A stretch of 63,307 bases of DNA, the filler included. It is 9 parts of 9 records of this genome, joined end to end, with 100 filler letters (N's around TTAATTAATTAA, not from the genome) between each part and the next. Parts side by side here need not be neighbours in the genome. Positions count along the whole stretch, not along the records: positions 48,800 to 52,496 come from SRR20825010_7130; positions 52,597 to 58,450 come from SRR20825010_7159; positions 58,551 to 63,307 come from SRR20825010_7163; 6 more parts are not named here. The stretch is one strand, 5' to 3'. The number at the start of each line of letters is the position of its first letter. Position 1 is the stretch's first letter. A model generated the notes under the pieces. That model was not told the origin of the DNA, made no database searches, and saw only the letters and a program-made list of their open reading frames with translations. The position numbers were made by a program, and so were the translations under genes. Below, one piece after another: positions 52,249 to 61,011 of the stretch.

Positions 52249-52496
52249 TTAGCAGGGCTTTACGGGCACTCGCTCGGCGATGGACAGGCCGAAGGCGTCG
52301 AGCTGGGGATATTCGGCGTCGCTGTTGGTGAGGAGCCGCATGTTGCGGATGCCCAGCGCTCTGAGGATCTGCGACCCTGTGCCGTACTCGAGCGTGGCGT
52401 GGGGGATGGAGTGGATCGGGGCGTCGGTGGTGTCGGTGCCGAAGGGACGGCTGAGGCGCTGGCTGAGGGCCTCGCCCACGCCGTGCGGGCGGAGGT
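52249..52496 (-). CDS. C-terminus of a RibBA-like riboflavin protein (GTP cyclohydrolase II domain)
   Basis: YGTGSQILRALGIRNMRLLTN...FGLSIAERVP. Confidence 0.75.
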
Positions 52497-52670
52497 NNNN
52501 NNNNNNNNNNNNNNNNNNNNNNNNNNNNNNNNNNNNNNNNTTAATTAATTAANNNNNNNNNNNNNNNNNNNNNNNNNNNNNNNNNNNNNNNNNNNNGCGC
52601 CAAAAGGGTCCCTTTCCTGACGTGGTAGCGGAAGTTTTGTGAGTTAAAGAACACCAACTTTGGAGTAAGT

Positions 52671-54299
52671 ATGTCCGACGGAAAAAGTCTTGACAAGGCC
52701 AAGGAGATGGCCAAGGCTAAGGCCGAGGAACTGAGGGAGGAGATTTCGGAAGGCAACCTCACGGTGCAGGCAGCCGCCAGGAATCTCAAGTCAGTGATGG
52801 GGTCCAACCCTACCTTGGCACATGTCTATGCAGCTTTGAAGCGGGTGCCGGATACCGTTTCTATCGGAGAGCTGTATAACAGGGATAGGACAGGTGTACT
52901 TTTATTCAGGAAGGATAGTTTGCCAAGGGGCAAACAGGCAGATGCGGAAGCCGAGAGTGAGGGTGACAACGATGATAATTTCGAGGTGACCAACCTGCCA
53001 AAGGAATTCAGGAAGATTCCAAGGAAGATCTTCGAGGAACTGCTGAAGAAGAATGGGTTGGAGGAGGATGAGGAAAAGACCGCCGACAACCTTCCCAGCT
53101 TCCCCGAACCTGGATCGGTGAGTGTGAGGTCGTTGAGCGCTGCTATCAGCGAGAGAGCGGCTCAGTCCCACTACGTCATCATCGAGACAGCGGCAAATGG
53201 TAGGGAGATGCGGAGTGGGAACGCGGCCGTGACCGTCACCTCTGCGCGCTCAACTGTTGCCCAGGCAGCCAAGAGTGTCTGGAATTTCGAGGCCATCAAG
53301 GAAGCTGGCATCCAGGTGCTGGACATCGGCGAGGCCATGGCCGAGAGGCTGAACCAGGAAGGAAAAGTGGTAGTACCTGTGCTCACGCTGGAAGAGGATG
53401 CCATCCTGGTCGACATGCTGCTAGCGTTGTGCCCATCCAAGACCATGGTGGAGAGGTACTCCAGCGAGGATGCGGAGCTGAACCCCAACAGGAGGTTCGA
53501 TCTGTATCATGAGATGATCCGTGAGTACGACAACCAGTACGCCCATGATGCCCTGTCGCGTGCCCTACAAGAGCACCAGAAGATCAACGACGCGATCTCA
53601 AACGACAAGTTTAGCAACGAATACATGACTACCTGGATGGAGGAGGTGTTGAACGTGGCCGACAAGGGTAATGCTCTGCTGATGCGCATCGCCAGGTCCG
53701 CGGAGAAGGATGTCTCGAAGACCATCCAGGACCAACTCGTGATGACGCCCTTCATGGTGTCTGCGAAGATCTACACCAGGATCAATGACATCCCCACGGG
53801 CAAGATCAAGAACTACATTCTCACGCTTACCGAAGCTGAGAGGAACCTGTACCGAAGGGATGCTCGCGCCTGGGTTGTGGCCATCAGGACCAAGGAGAAC
53901 GAGAGCAACACCAAGTACCGGTTCCATCGCGATCAAGTGGCGGCAGTGTGCAGGACCGAGGTCAATGCCATTGACACTGGCCGGAAGAAGTTCACTGGCA
54001 AGCGAGATCGCGAGGAGGACGAAGAGGATGAAGACTCCGATCGCAAGATCAAGGTTGCCGAGGACAATCGCAAGGCTCGCGAGGAACGTCTCCAGAAGGC
54101 CGCCGACAAGAAGGCTGCTGCAGAGGAGAAGAAGAAGAAAGAGGCAGAGAAGAAGAAGAACGAGGAGAAGAAGAAGAAGCAGAATAAGCACCGGAAAGGG
54201 AATGTGACCTTCAAGAGACAGTGTCACCTTTGCCAGAGTGAGGAGCACCTGCTTCGCGATTGTCCGAGCCTTGAAAAGGCTCAAGCCGCCATCAACTAG
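52671..54299 (+). CDS. gag: Gag-like protein with C-terminal zinc knuckle
   Basis: 542 aa, K/E-rich stretch then CHLCQSEEHLLRDC (CX2CX4HX4C). Confidence 0.85.
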   Translation: MSDGKSLDKAKEMAKAKAEELREEISEGNLTVQAAARNLKSVMGSNPTLAHVYAALKRVPDTVSIGELYNRDRTGVLLFRKDSLPRGKQADAEAESEGDNDDNFEVTNLPKEFRKIPRKIFEELLKKNGLEEDEEKTADNLPSFPEPGSVSVRSLSAAISERAAQSHYVIIETAANGREMRSGNAAVTVTSARSTVAQAAKSVWNFEAIKEAGIQVLDIGEAMAERLNQEGKVVVPVLTLEEDAILVDMLLALCPSKTMVERYSSEDAELNPNRRFDLYHEMIREYDNQYAHDALSRALQEHQKINDAISNDKFSNEYMTTWMEEVLNVADKGNALLMRIARSAEKDVSKTIQDQLVMTPFMVSAKIYTRINDIPTGKIKNYILTLTEAERNLYRRDARAWVVAIRTKENESNTKYRFHRDQVAAVCRTEVNAIDTGRKKFTGKRDREEDEEDEDSDRKIKVAEDNRKAREERLQKAADKKAAAEEKKKKEAEKKKNEEKKKKQNKHRKGNVTFKRQCHLCQSEEHLLRDCPSLEKAQAAIN

Positions 54300-54317
54300 G
54301 AATCCGGGCCTGGTCGT

Positions 54318-57300
54318 ATGGGAGGATTCATGCATGCCATCATGAAGGATGTGCTGCACATATTCCCAGACAACCAGGCCGTACCAATAACCGCTGTAGG
54401 TTCTGACACAAAGGCCTACTGCGAGAACTGGAGGAGGATTACAGGAGGACGTGGGTCAGTTGAAGGTTTGGGAGGAGCCAAATCGACAGACGCTACTCAC
54501 TTGGTGGACTTGAGGTTACCATTACTGGTGAAAGGAGGAGACACATGTGCGTTCATCCTGATCAAGGACGCGTTGTACTGCCCCAGCATGCCACGCACTT
54601 TCCTCAGTGTTGATCAGATGGATGCGCAAGGAATCCTTGTGGAGGCCAGTCGACACAGGGACAAGGAGAAGAGGGCCACGACTCGCAAGAAGGGACAGAA
54701 TGTCAGGCCCGACACTAGCAAGTACGTCATGGTGGATGTGCACGGCAAGGAGGTCGAATTGATGGTGGAGAGAGCCCTGGAGGGGACGGGTGGAGAAGCA
54801 TTTGTGGCGCCGAGGCCGGAAGACACATTTGCCACCACACTATCCAACATCACCGGTACCATCAGTGCGGAGCAGATCCAGAAGATCAATACCCAGGTGA
54901 ACAACATCAGGATGGTTGACCTTGATCTACCAGACTGGGACAACATTGCCAAGAACTACCCCTTGCCCACTGTGAAGGATGACAACAATCAGGTTCCAGT
55001 TGGTCAGCCAGTGCTAGCACCCAAACGCACCAACCTGACTGCTCAGCAACATCACGAGGCACATTGTCACTTCGGTTGTGGGGTGCTTCGGTACGTGGAC
55101 AAGCCGTCACAGAATGCAGATATCAAGGAATTCCTCAACAAGAAGAACACCGAGATGTGTGAGCATTGCCTCAAGCACCAGAAGCGCAACAAACATGTAC
55201 GCGAGGGGACGGAGGAGTGGCCACAGTTGTACCAAGCGCCGGAGGAGGGAGAGCCAGGAGCGGCCACCCAGACCGACACTGGTGTGATGATGCCTCTCGA
55301 GAAGGTGCCAGGACGAACTGCGAAGCGACGGAGAAAGGACGTGATGGGTCACACATGCATGCAAGTTTTTGCAACACCAGCCGGGGCCGTATCTCACCTG
55401 GATGCCTTCCCCATGCCGGACAAGAGTGCACGACACGTCGCCGCCGCTATCAGGAAGGCCGTCCTGCGCCATGGCAAGATGAATGGACTGATTCACGACG
55501 GGTCACAGGAGCAGATCTCGCGAGAGGTGAAGGATCTACTCGTGGAGCTTGGAATTCCCGACCTGCCCACCCCGAAGTACACTCCCCAGATGAGGACGAG
55601 AGTGGAAACGGCGATGCGACTAGTGCACAAGGTCCGTGCATGTTTGTCGCGGGCAGCGTTACCTGTGGATTTTGCGCTGTTAGCGTACGAGCAGATTGTG
55701 TTCCAGTACAACGACATACCGCGCAAACAAAGGCAGAAGGTGTACCGCCATCAACTCGTGAAGGAGGAGGACGGAATTGTGACGCTGAAGGTGAACAAAA
55801 GAGAAGAAGATTTTGTTATCAAGTCATCCAATGAAGTGCTTTTCAATCGCAAGCGCGAGTACACACCCATACCGTTTGGACTGTTTGTGCGCGTGGGAGT
55901 GCACGCACCTCGCACGGAATCCAAGCTGGAGCCCGAGAAGGGAGTCGGCCCAGGAAGATTGGGATTCCATGTGGGCTATGCGGCTGGAGGACAAGCTCAT
56001 CGTGTGATGTATATCGACGTGTTGAGAACCGCGAAGAAGGCCAAGATCGACACCGTCACCGACGTGGAGCCACTGTGGAAGAAGGGCTATGCCGGGGAGG
56101 AGGTTTGCAAGCTGCTCAACTTGCGCTTTGACATGGACGCAATCGACGATTTCGTCAATGACGCCCTCACCCGCGCTGATCGTCAAGAGGAGGCTGTTGC
56201 TCATCAGATGCCAACCATCGAAGAGCATCAGGGAGGAGAAGAAGACGATGCCGGTGAGGATGTTGAAGAGGACATACAAGGCGAGGTGGCCGATGATGCA
56301 GCCAGCGGAGACACGGAGTTCTTCTCTGCGAACAGCGACGCGGTCAGTGTCAATGCACTTTGGGGACAACCGACAGTAGTCTTACCAGAGAAGATCGGTT
56401 TTGTCAATGCCTCGGTGTTGGCCATCAAGGCGAAGAAGCAGAAGCAGCGCGAGGAACATCTAGCGGTACCTCATCAGCCACTTCCGGAAGGCTATGAGTA
56501 TTCCGACATCCCTGAGATCCGTGCCATGCAAGAGCAACCTTTTGACGAGGAAAAGTTTTGTCAATGGGTACGGGCAACATATGTCAATGAGGACTTACCA
56601 AAGGCGCCGCGCAACGAGAAGGCCATTCTCAAGATGGACGAGAAGTGGGCTGTTGCATGGGCCCATGCCCTGCTCAAACAGAACAAGACGTACACCAGGC
56701 CTGAAGCAGATACAGTATTGGTTAGGTTGGACGATGTGCCCGAAGGGAATGTCATCTTACCGGAAATCATGCTGTTCCACAACAAGATGGACGGGCCCAA
56801 GTTCGTCAAGTGCAAGTGCCGAGTGGTCTGCGATGGTTCGAAGACGCCCGACACTGGCGAGTTCTATGGTGGCACGGCCAAGTCATCGACAAGGAGGTAC
56901 TCGTCTGCCATCCAGGCAGCAGTACCAGGCTACAGGAGCGACTCATCTGACTTCGAAGGAGCATATCAGATGGCCGAGTCGTATCCGCCGACGTACACCT
57001 GGGGACATAAGAAGATCAGAGACAAGGACGGCAGGCCGATGGTGAAGCAGAACCGTAACCTCATGCCAGGGACGAGACAAGGACTACCCGACTGGAACCT
57101 CACCTTCGGTGCCGAGGCGGTGACACAGGGCATGGTACAGGACATCTTCGACTCCACGCTTTTCAGGTGGAATCCGTACCCGGACTGCCCACACGCCTGG
57201 CATGGACGCAAGTACTGGCGCTACAACCCAAAGAAGCACGTCTTCCGAAGGTTCCCAGGCATGGGCGACATACCCAAGCGGTGCCCGATGTGTGAGGGCC

Positions 57301-58367
57301 CTCCACTACGTCTCCCATGGCTAGCCATCAGTGGCCATGTTGACGACAACAAGAACACCTACTGGTTCATGGACAGGAAGGGATTAGCCAAGAAGAAACT
57401 CGACGACATCTTGGCCAAGTTCCTGACCACGGCACTAGTACCACTTGAGAACGGAGCAACCTACCTGGCAGTGGAGCACTACGTGGAGGAGGATGGCACA
57501 GTCAGTCTGTGGCAGCCCCACGCCATCGACAAGCTTGTGGAGTACACCGGGATGGTGGAAGCCAAGCCAGCCTACACTCCGGCACCAGCAGGGGAGCGAC
57601 TATCCAAGGAAGACATGCCGCAGTCGGATGAGGAGCGCCGCGAAGTGGCTGCCATCTACGGCACCAACATGCGGGAGATCGTTGGCCAGTGCCAATGGAT
57701 CCGCTCGGAGACGCGCGACGATATCGACCTGGCTCTGCGTGACGTGGCAAGGTATCAGCACGACCCTGGAGTCAAGACATGGAAGTTTCTACTTCACCTG
57801 GTGAGGTACCTCAAGGGCACTCGCAACAAGAGGAAGACCTTCAGCCGAAATGGCTTCAACTCCATCTATGATGCCCTCCGAGTGGAGCACCAGGCGGACT
57901 CGGGACATGGCGACGTCCCACACACCTACCAGAACACCACGGGCCATGTGGAGTTCATCTGCGGTGGTGTACTCAATGCTGGGAGCGAGACCCAGAAGTC
58001 CAACACCATCAGCTCAAGGGATGCGGAGATCACTGCACAGAGCACGTCAGTTATTCAGGCAAGATACTGGCGACTCATCTCTGCGTCATGGGGCATACCT
58101 GTGGAAGAGCCCACCCGCATAGCGTTGGACAACAAGGCGGCGTGGCTCAGGTTGTCCAAACCTGACGCTGCAGCAGGTCGCGGCAAGCACCTCAACCTCA
58201 AGTTCTTCTTTGTCAAGGACGCCATAGACGAGGGAGTTGTTGAGGTGTACTGGCTCGCTGGTGACGAAATGTCTGCCGATATTCTCACCAAGCACCTTCA
58301 CCGTGGTGCGCATGAGCGCCACGTGAGGAGATGGGGCATTTATGACCCCACCTCCGCCTCTGGTTAA
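54318..58367 (+). CDS. pol: Pol polyprotein (PR-IN-RT-RNase H)
   Basis: PR DALYCPSMPRTFLSV; IN HEAHCH/CEHC, TD, HDGSQE, YTPQMRTRVE; RT KCRVVCDG, DFEGAY, PGTRQG, HVDD; RH DSG, SSRDAE, DNKAA, KHLNLKFFFVKD, ADILTK. Confidence 0.92.
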   Translation: MGGFMHAIMKDVLHIFPDNQAVPITAVGSDTKAYCENWRRITGGRGSVEGLGGAKSTDATHLVDLRLPLLVKGGDTCAFILIKDALYCPSMPRTFLSVDQMDAQGILVEASRHRDKEKRATTRKKGQNVRPDTSKYVMVDVHGKEVELMVERALEGTGGEAFVAPRPEDTFATTLSNITGTISAEQIQKINTQVNNIRMVDLDLPDWDNIAKNYPLPTVKDDNNQVPVGQPVLAPKRTNLTAQQHHEAHCHFGCGVLRYVDKPSQNADIKEFLNKKNTEMCEHCLKHQKRNKHVREGTEEWPQLYQAPEEGEPGAATQTDTGVMMPLEKVPGRTAKRRRKDVMGHTCMQVFATPAGAVSHLDAFPMPDKSARHVAAAIRKAVLRHGKMNGLIHDGSQEQISREVKDLLVELGIPDLPTPKYTPQMRTRVETAMRLVHKVRACLSRAALPVDFALLAYEQIVFQYNDIPRKQRQKVYRHQLVKEEDGIVTLKVNKREEDFVIKSSNEVLFNRKREYTPIPFGLFVRVGVHAPRTESKLEPEKGVGPGRLGFHVGYAAGGQAHRVMYIDVLRTAKKAKIDTVTDVEPLWKKGYAGEEVCKLLNLRFDMDAIDDFVNDALTRADRQEEAVAHQMPTIEEHQGGEEDDAGEDVEEDIQGEVADDAASGDTEFFSANSDAVSVNALWGQPTVVLPEKIGFVNASVLAIKAKKQKQREEHLAVPHQPLPEGYEYSDIPEIRAMQEQPFDEEKFCQWVRATYVNEDLPKAPRNEKAILKMDEKWAVAWAHALLKQNKTYTRPEADTVLVRLDDVPEGNVILPEIMLFHNKMDGPKFVKCKCRVVCDGSKTPDTGEFYGGTAKSSTRRYSSAIQAAVPGYRSDSSDFEGAYQMAESYPPTYTWGHKKIRDKDGRPMVKQNRNLMPGTRQGLPDWNLTFGAEAVTQGMVQDIFDSTLFRWNPYPDCPHAWHGRKYWRYNPKKHVFRRFPGMGDIPKRCPMCEGPPLRLPWLAISGHVDDNKNTYWFMDRKGLAKKKLDDILAKFLTTALVPLENGATYLAVEHYVEEDGTVSLWQPHAIDKLVEYTGMVEAKPAYTPAPAGERLSKEDMPQSDEERREVAAIYGTNMREIVGQCQWIRSETRDDIDLALRDVARYQHDPGVKTWKFLLHLVRYLKGTRNKRKTFSRNGFNSIYDALRVEHQADSGHGDVPHTYQNTTGHVEFICGGVLNAGSETQKSNTISSRDAEITAQSTSVIQARYWRLISASWGIPVEEPTRIALDNKAAWLRLSKPDAAAGRGKHLNLKFFFVKDAIDEGVVEVYWLAGDEMSADILTKHLHRGAHERHVRRWGIYDPTSASG

Positions 58368-58550
58368 TCTTTTCCAGGGGCTAGGCCCTTCCATTTTTCT
58401 GTCTCATCTTTGTTTTGTGTTTGGTAAACACAACATCTGTTGGTACTAGGNNNNNNNNNNNNNNNNNNNNNNNNNNNNNNNNNNNNNNNNNNNNTTAATT
58501 AATTAANNNNNNNNNNNNNNNNNNNNNNNNNNNNNNNNNNNNNNNNNNNN

Positions 58551-58692
58551 CTCCAGTACACAGCCTATTGGCCGTATGGGGAAGCCTGCAGAAATAGGCG
58601 CATTGGTACTTTATTTATGCTCGGATGAAGCCTCTTTTGTTACGGGAACAGATTTTCCAATAGATGGGGGATTTATCACTTTGAACAACTAA
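58551..58692 (+). CDS. SDR oxidoreductase C-terminus (5' truncated)
   Basis: QPIGRMGKPAEIGALVLYLCSDEASFVTG..IDGG. Confidence 0.85.
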
Positions 58693-58696
58693 TTCA

Positions 58697-59545
58697 ATGA
58701 AATTAATACGATTTGGAGAAGCTGGTTTGGAGAAACCAGGAATAGAACTTGATGGGGTACGCTACGATGTAAGTGGTTTTGTTAATGATTATGACGAAGA
58801 TTTTTTTGCTGGAGACGCATTGGTTCAGCTCCAATCTACTTTTGACAAAGAGAAAGCTCCCATAGTATCAAACATTATTAGGCTAGGTGCTCCGGTGAAG
58901 CGTCCGGGGAAAATAATTTGCATAGGTCTGAATTATCGTAAGCATGCTGCAGAAAGTGGTATGGACGAACCTGCAGAACCTGTAGTTTTTTTCAAAGCAA
59001 CTTCCTCCATGATGGGGCCGAATGATACCATTATCATCCCAAAAAATAGTAAGAAGACAGACTGGGAAGTAGAACTGGCGGTAGTCATCGGCAAAAGAGC
59101 CAATTATATCTCTAAAGAGGAAGCATTGGATCATGTAGCCGGCTACATGCTGCACAACGATGTGAGCGAAAGAGAATTTCAAATAGAGCGTGGTGGACAA
59201 TGGGTCAAAGGAAAAAGCTGTGACACTTTCGCGCCATTAGGGCCTTATTTGGTTACCAAGGATGAGATAGCAGATCCTAATAACATGAGGTTGTGGTTAA
59301 CCTTGAATGGCAAGAAAATGCAGGATGGCAATACCAGTGACTTTATTTTCAATGTTCAGCACGTGGTTTCTTATCTATCGCAATTTATGAGTTTGATGCC
59401 TGGAGATATTATTTCTACCGGTACACCGGAAGGCGTTGGCTTCGGGCAAAAACCTCCATTTTATTTGAAAGATGGGGATGTGATCGAGTTGGGAATTGAT
59501 GGCTTGGGTAGTGCAAAACAAGAAGTCCAAGACTACGCGTCCTAA
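58697..59545 (+). CDS. Fumarylacetoacetate hydrolase family protein
   Basis: CIGLNY, DWEVEL, NDVSER, KSCDTFAP, TGTPEGVG. Confidence 0.92.
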   Translation: MKLIRFGEAGLEKPGIELDGVRYDVSGFVNDYDEDFFAGDALVQLQSTFDKEKAPIVSNIIRLGAPVKRPGKIICIGLNYRKHAAESGMDEPAEPVVFFKATSSMMGPNDTIIIPKNSKKTDWEVELAVVIGKRANYISKEEALDHVAGYMLHNDVSEREFQIERGGQWVKGKSCDTFAPLGPYLVTKDEIADPNNMRLWLTLNGKKMQDGNTSDFIFNVQHVVSYLSQFMSLMPGDIISTGTPEGVGFGQKPPFYLKDGDVIELGIDGLGSAKQEVQDYAS

Positions 59546-59615
59546 TAGAATTACCTCAATGAACCAAGATTAAAACTAGGATAGCCTGATAAGCACTAGG
59601 ATCCAAAAACTAAAG

Positions 59616-60398
59616 ATGAAATTAGACTTAGAACAAAAAGTATTTATAGTCACTGGCGGTGCAAAAGGCATAGGAGAAGCCATTACATTAGAATTGGCCA
59701 GTGAAGGTGCGATTCCTGTAATCGTCGGGCGTTCAGAAAACGCAGCCAAACAGTTAGCAGATCGTATTCAGGCAGCTGGCGGAAAAACGATGGTTATCGT
59801 GGCTGAGCTTGGGGAAGGTGACGGTTGCAAATCTATTGTAGATCAAACTATAGCAACTTTTGGAAGATTGGATGGTGTGATAAACAATGCCGGTGCAAAT
59901 GATGGCGTGAGTTTAATCAGTGGTGGCTCATCTGCTTTCAGGGACTCCTTGATGAAAAACCTGACTCACTATTATGATCTGGTGCATTATGCAGTGCCTT
60001 ATCTCAAGGAAACCAAAGGAGCAATCATCAATATCAGTTCAAAAATTGCTTTGACCGGGCAGGGAGGAACTTCTGGCTACGCTGCCTGTAAAGGAGCTCA
60101 GCTAGCCCTCACCCGAGAATGGGCTGTGGAGTTGGCTCCCTTCGGTATTCGTGTGAATGCAATTCTCCCAGCAGAGGTGATGACACCACTATATGCGAAG
60201 TGGTTGAATACCTTTGAAGATCCGGCAGCTAAGATTAAGGCGATTGAATCTAAAATTCCTCTTGGTCAACGCATGACCACTCCGGAAGAAATTGCAGCCA
60301 TGACTGTGTTTTTACTATCCGGCCGAAGTGGACATACCACCGGTCAATGGCTATCTCCTGACGGCGGCTATGTGCACTTAGACCGCGCAATTACCTAA
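59616..60398 (+). CDS. SDR, probable L-fucose dehydrogenase
   Basis: TGGAKGIG, NNAGANDG, YAACK, EVMTPLY, DGGYVHLDRA. Confidence 0.75.
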   Translation: MKLDLEQKVFIVTGGAKGIGEAITLELASEGAIPVIVGRSENAAKQLADRIQAAGGKTMVIVAELGEGDGCKSIVDQTIATFGRLDGVINNAGANDGVSLISGGSSAFRDSLMKNLTHYYDLVHYAVPYLKETKGAIINISSKIALTGQGGTSGYAACKGAQLALTREWAVELAPFGIRVNAILPAEVMTPLYAKWLNTFEDPAAKIKAIESKIPLGQRMTTPEEIAAMTVFLLSGRSGHTTGQWLSPDGGYVHLDRAIT

Positions 60399-60446
60399 TT
60401 GCCCAGACTAACCAAACCTAAAATGAATTAAACTCCTGTCATATTG

Positions 60447-60702
60447 ATTTTTTCTGGTCGATTGAATGAGGAGAAAATAGCACCAATCAGAGATCTGTGG
60501 AAAAGCAAAATTGTACTCAAAGGAGTTGCCTCGGATGCAGATGCTGAGAAGGCGATTCGACTGGGATTGGATGGAATTATTGTATCCAATCACGGAGGGC
60601 GACCATGCAATCGGCATGTTGAAAACCCAATTGCAGCAAGTGATGGAACAGGTGTGCTGTATGGAGGTCGGGGATTTTATGGATACACTGGCCAAATTCT
60701 AA
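60447..60702 (+). pseudogene. Internally deleted FMN alpha-hydroxy acid dehydrogenase (lldD-like) remnant
   Basis: LKGV...[11 protein letters not shown] in one frame joined to the C-terminal [20 protein letters not shown] in another; N-terminal two-thirds absent. Confidence 0.8.
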
Positions 60703-60731
60703 GTACAGGTACCTTCAAAAGATGGTGCTTC

Positions 60732-60769
60732 ATAAAACTCCATGATCTTCATTGATCATGGAGTTTTAT
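60732..60769 (+). terminator. Intrinsic terminator
   Basis: ataaaactccatgatc-ttcatt-gatcatggagttttat. Confidence 0.8.
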
Positions 60770-61011
60770 TTTATGAAATCTACCAAATGCAACAGTGGTT
60801 CTGCTGTGGTGAAATAATATTAAGGCGAAAATACTTATCCCTGACTTCTATGAAGTTAAACCACTCAATGCGAGAAATAGGTTTTTGTGCACAGGTGTGT
60901 ACATGTTAAAACAGGTAATTGTATTTGTTGTTAATCCTCATTTGGTAGCTTAGTAATCGATTGCGGACGTGATTTTGAAAGCAATTAATAATTAACCCAA
61001 AATAAAACCAA

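Larger units (their letters stand above)
52597..58450 (+). mobile_element. Ty1/copia LTR retrotransposon internal region (eukaryotic; LTRs not seen)
   Basis: Domain order Gag-CCHC, PR, IN, RT, RNase H is diagnostic of Ty1/copia. Confidence 0.92.

Noticed and set aside
54120-54190. Long AAG/GAG purine tract
   Set aside because: Explained by the Lys/Glu-rich coding region of Gag; not positioned as a polypurine tract
54297-54299. Host with TAG reassigned to a sense codon
   Set aside because: Only one in-frame TAG in about 1890 codons, located exactly at the gag/pol boundary; reassignment would scatter them
54318-58367. Bacterial RT system (retron, DGR, group II intron)
   Set aside because: Gag knuckle and PR-IN-RT-RNase H order with copia RNase H motifs identify an LTR retrotransposon, on its own contig
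58368-58450. 3' LTR starting at TGTTGG (58438)
   Set aside because: No preceding polypurine tract and no match to the 5' contig end; too little sequence to call
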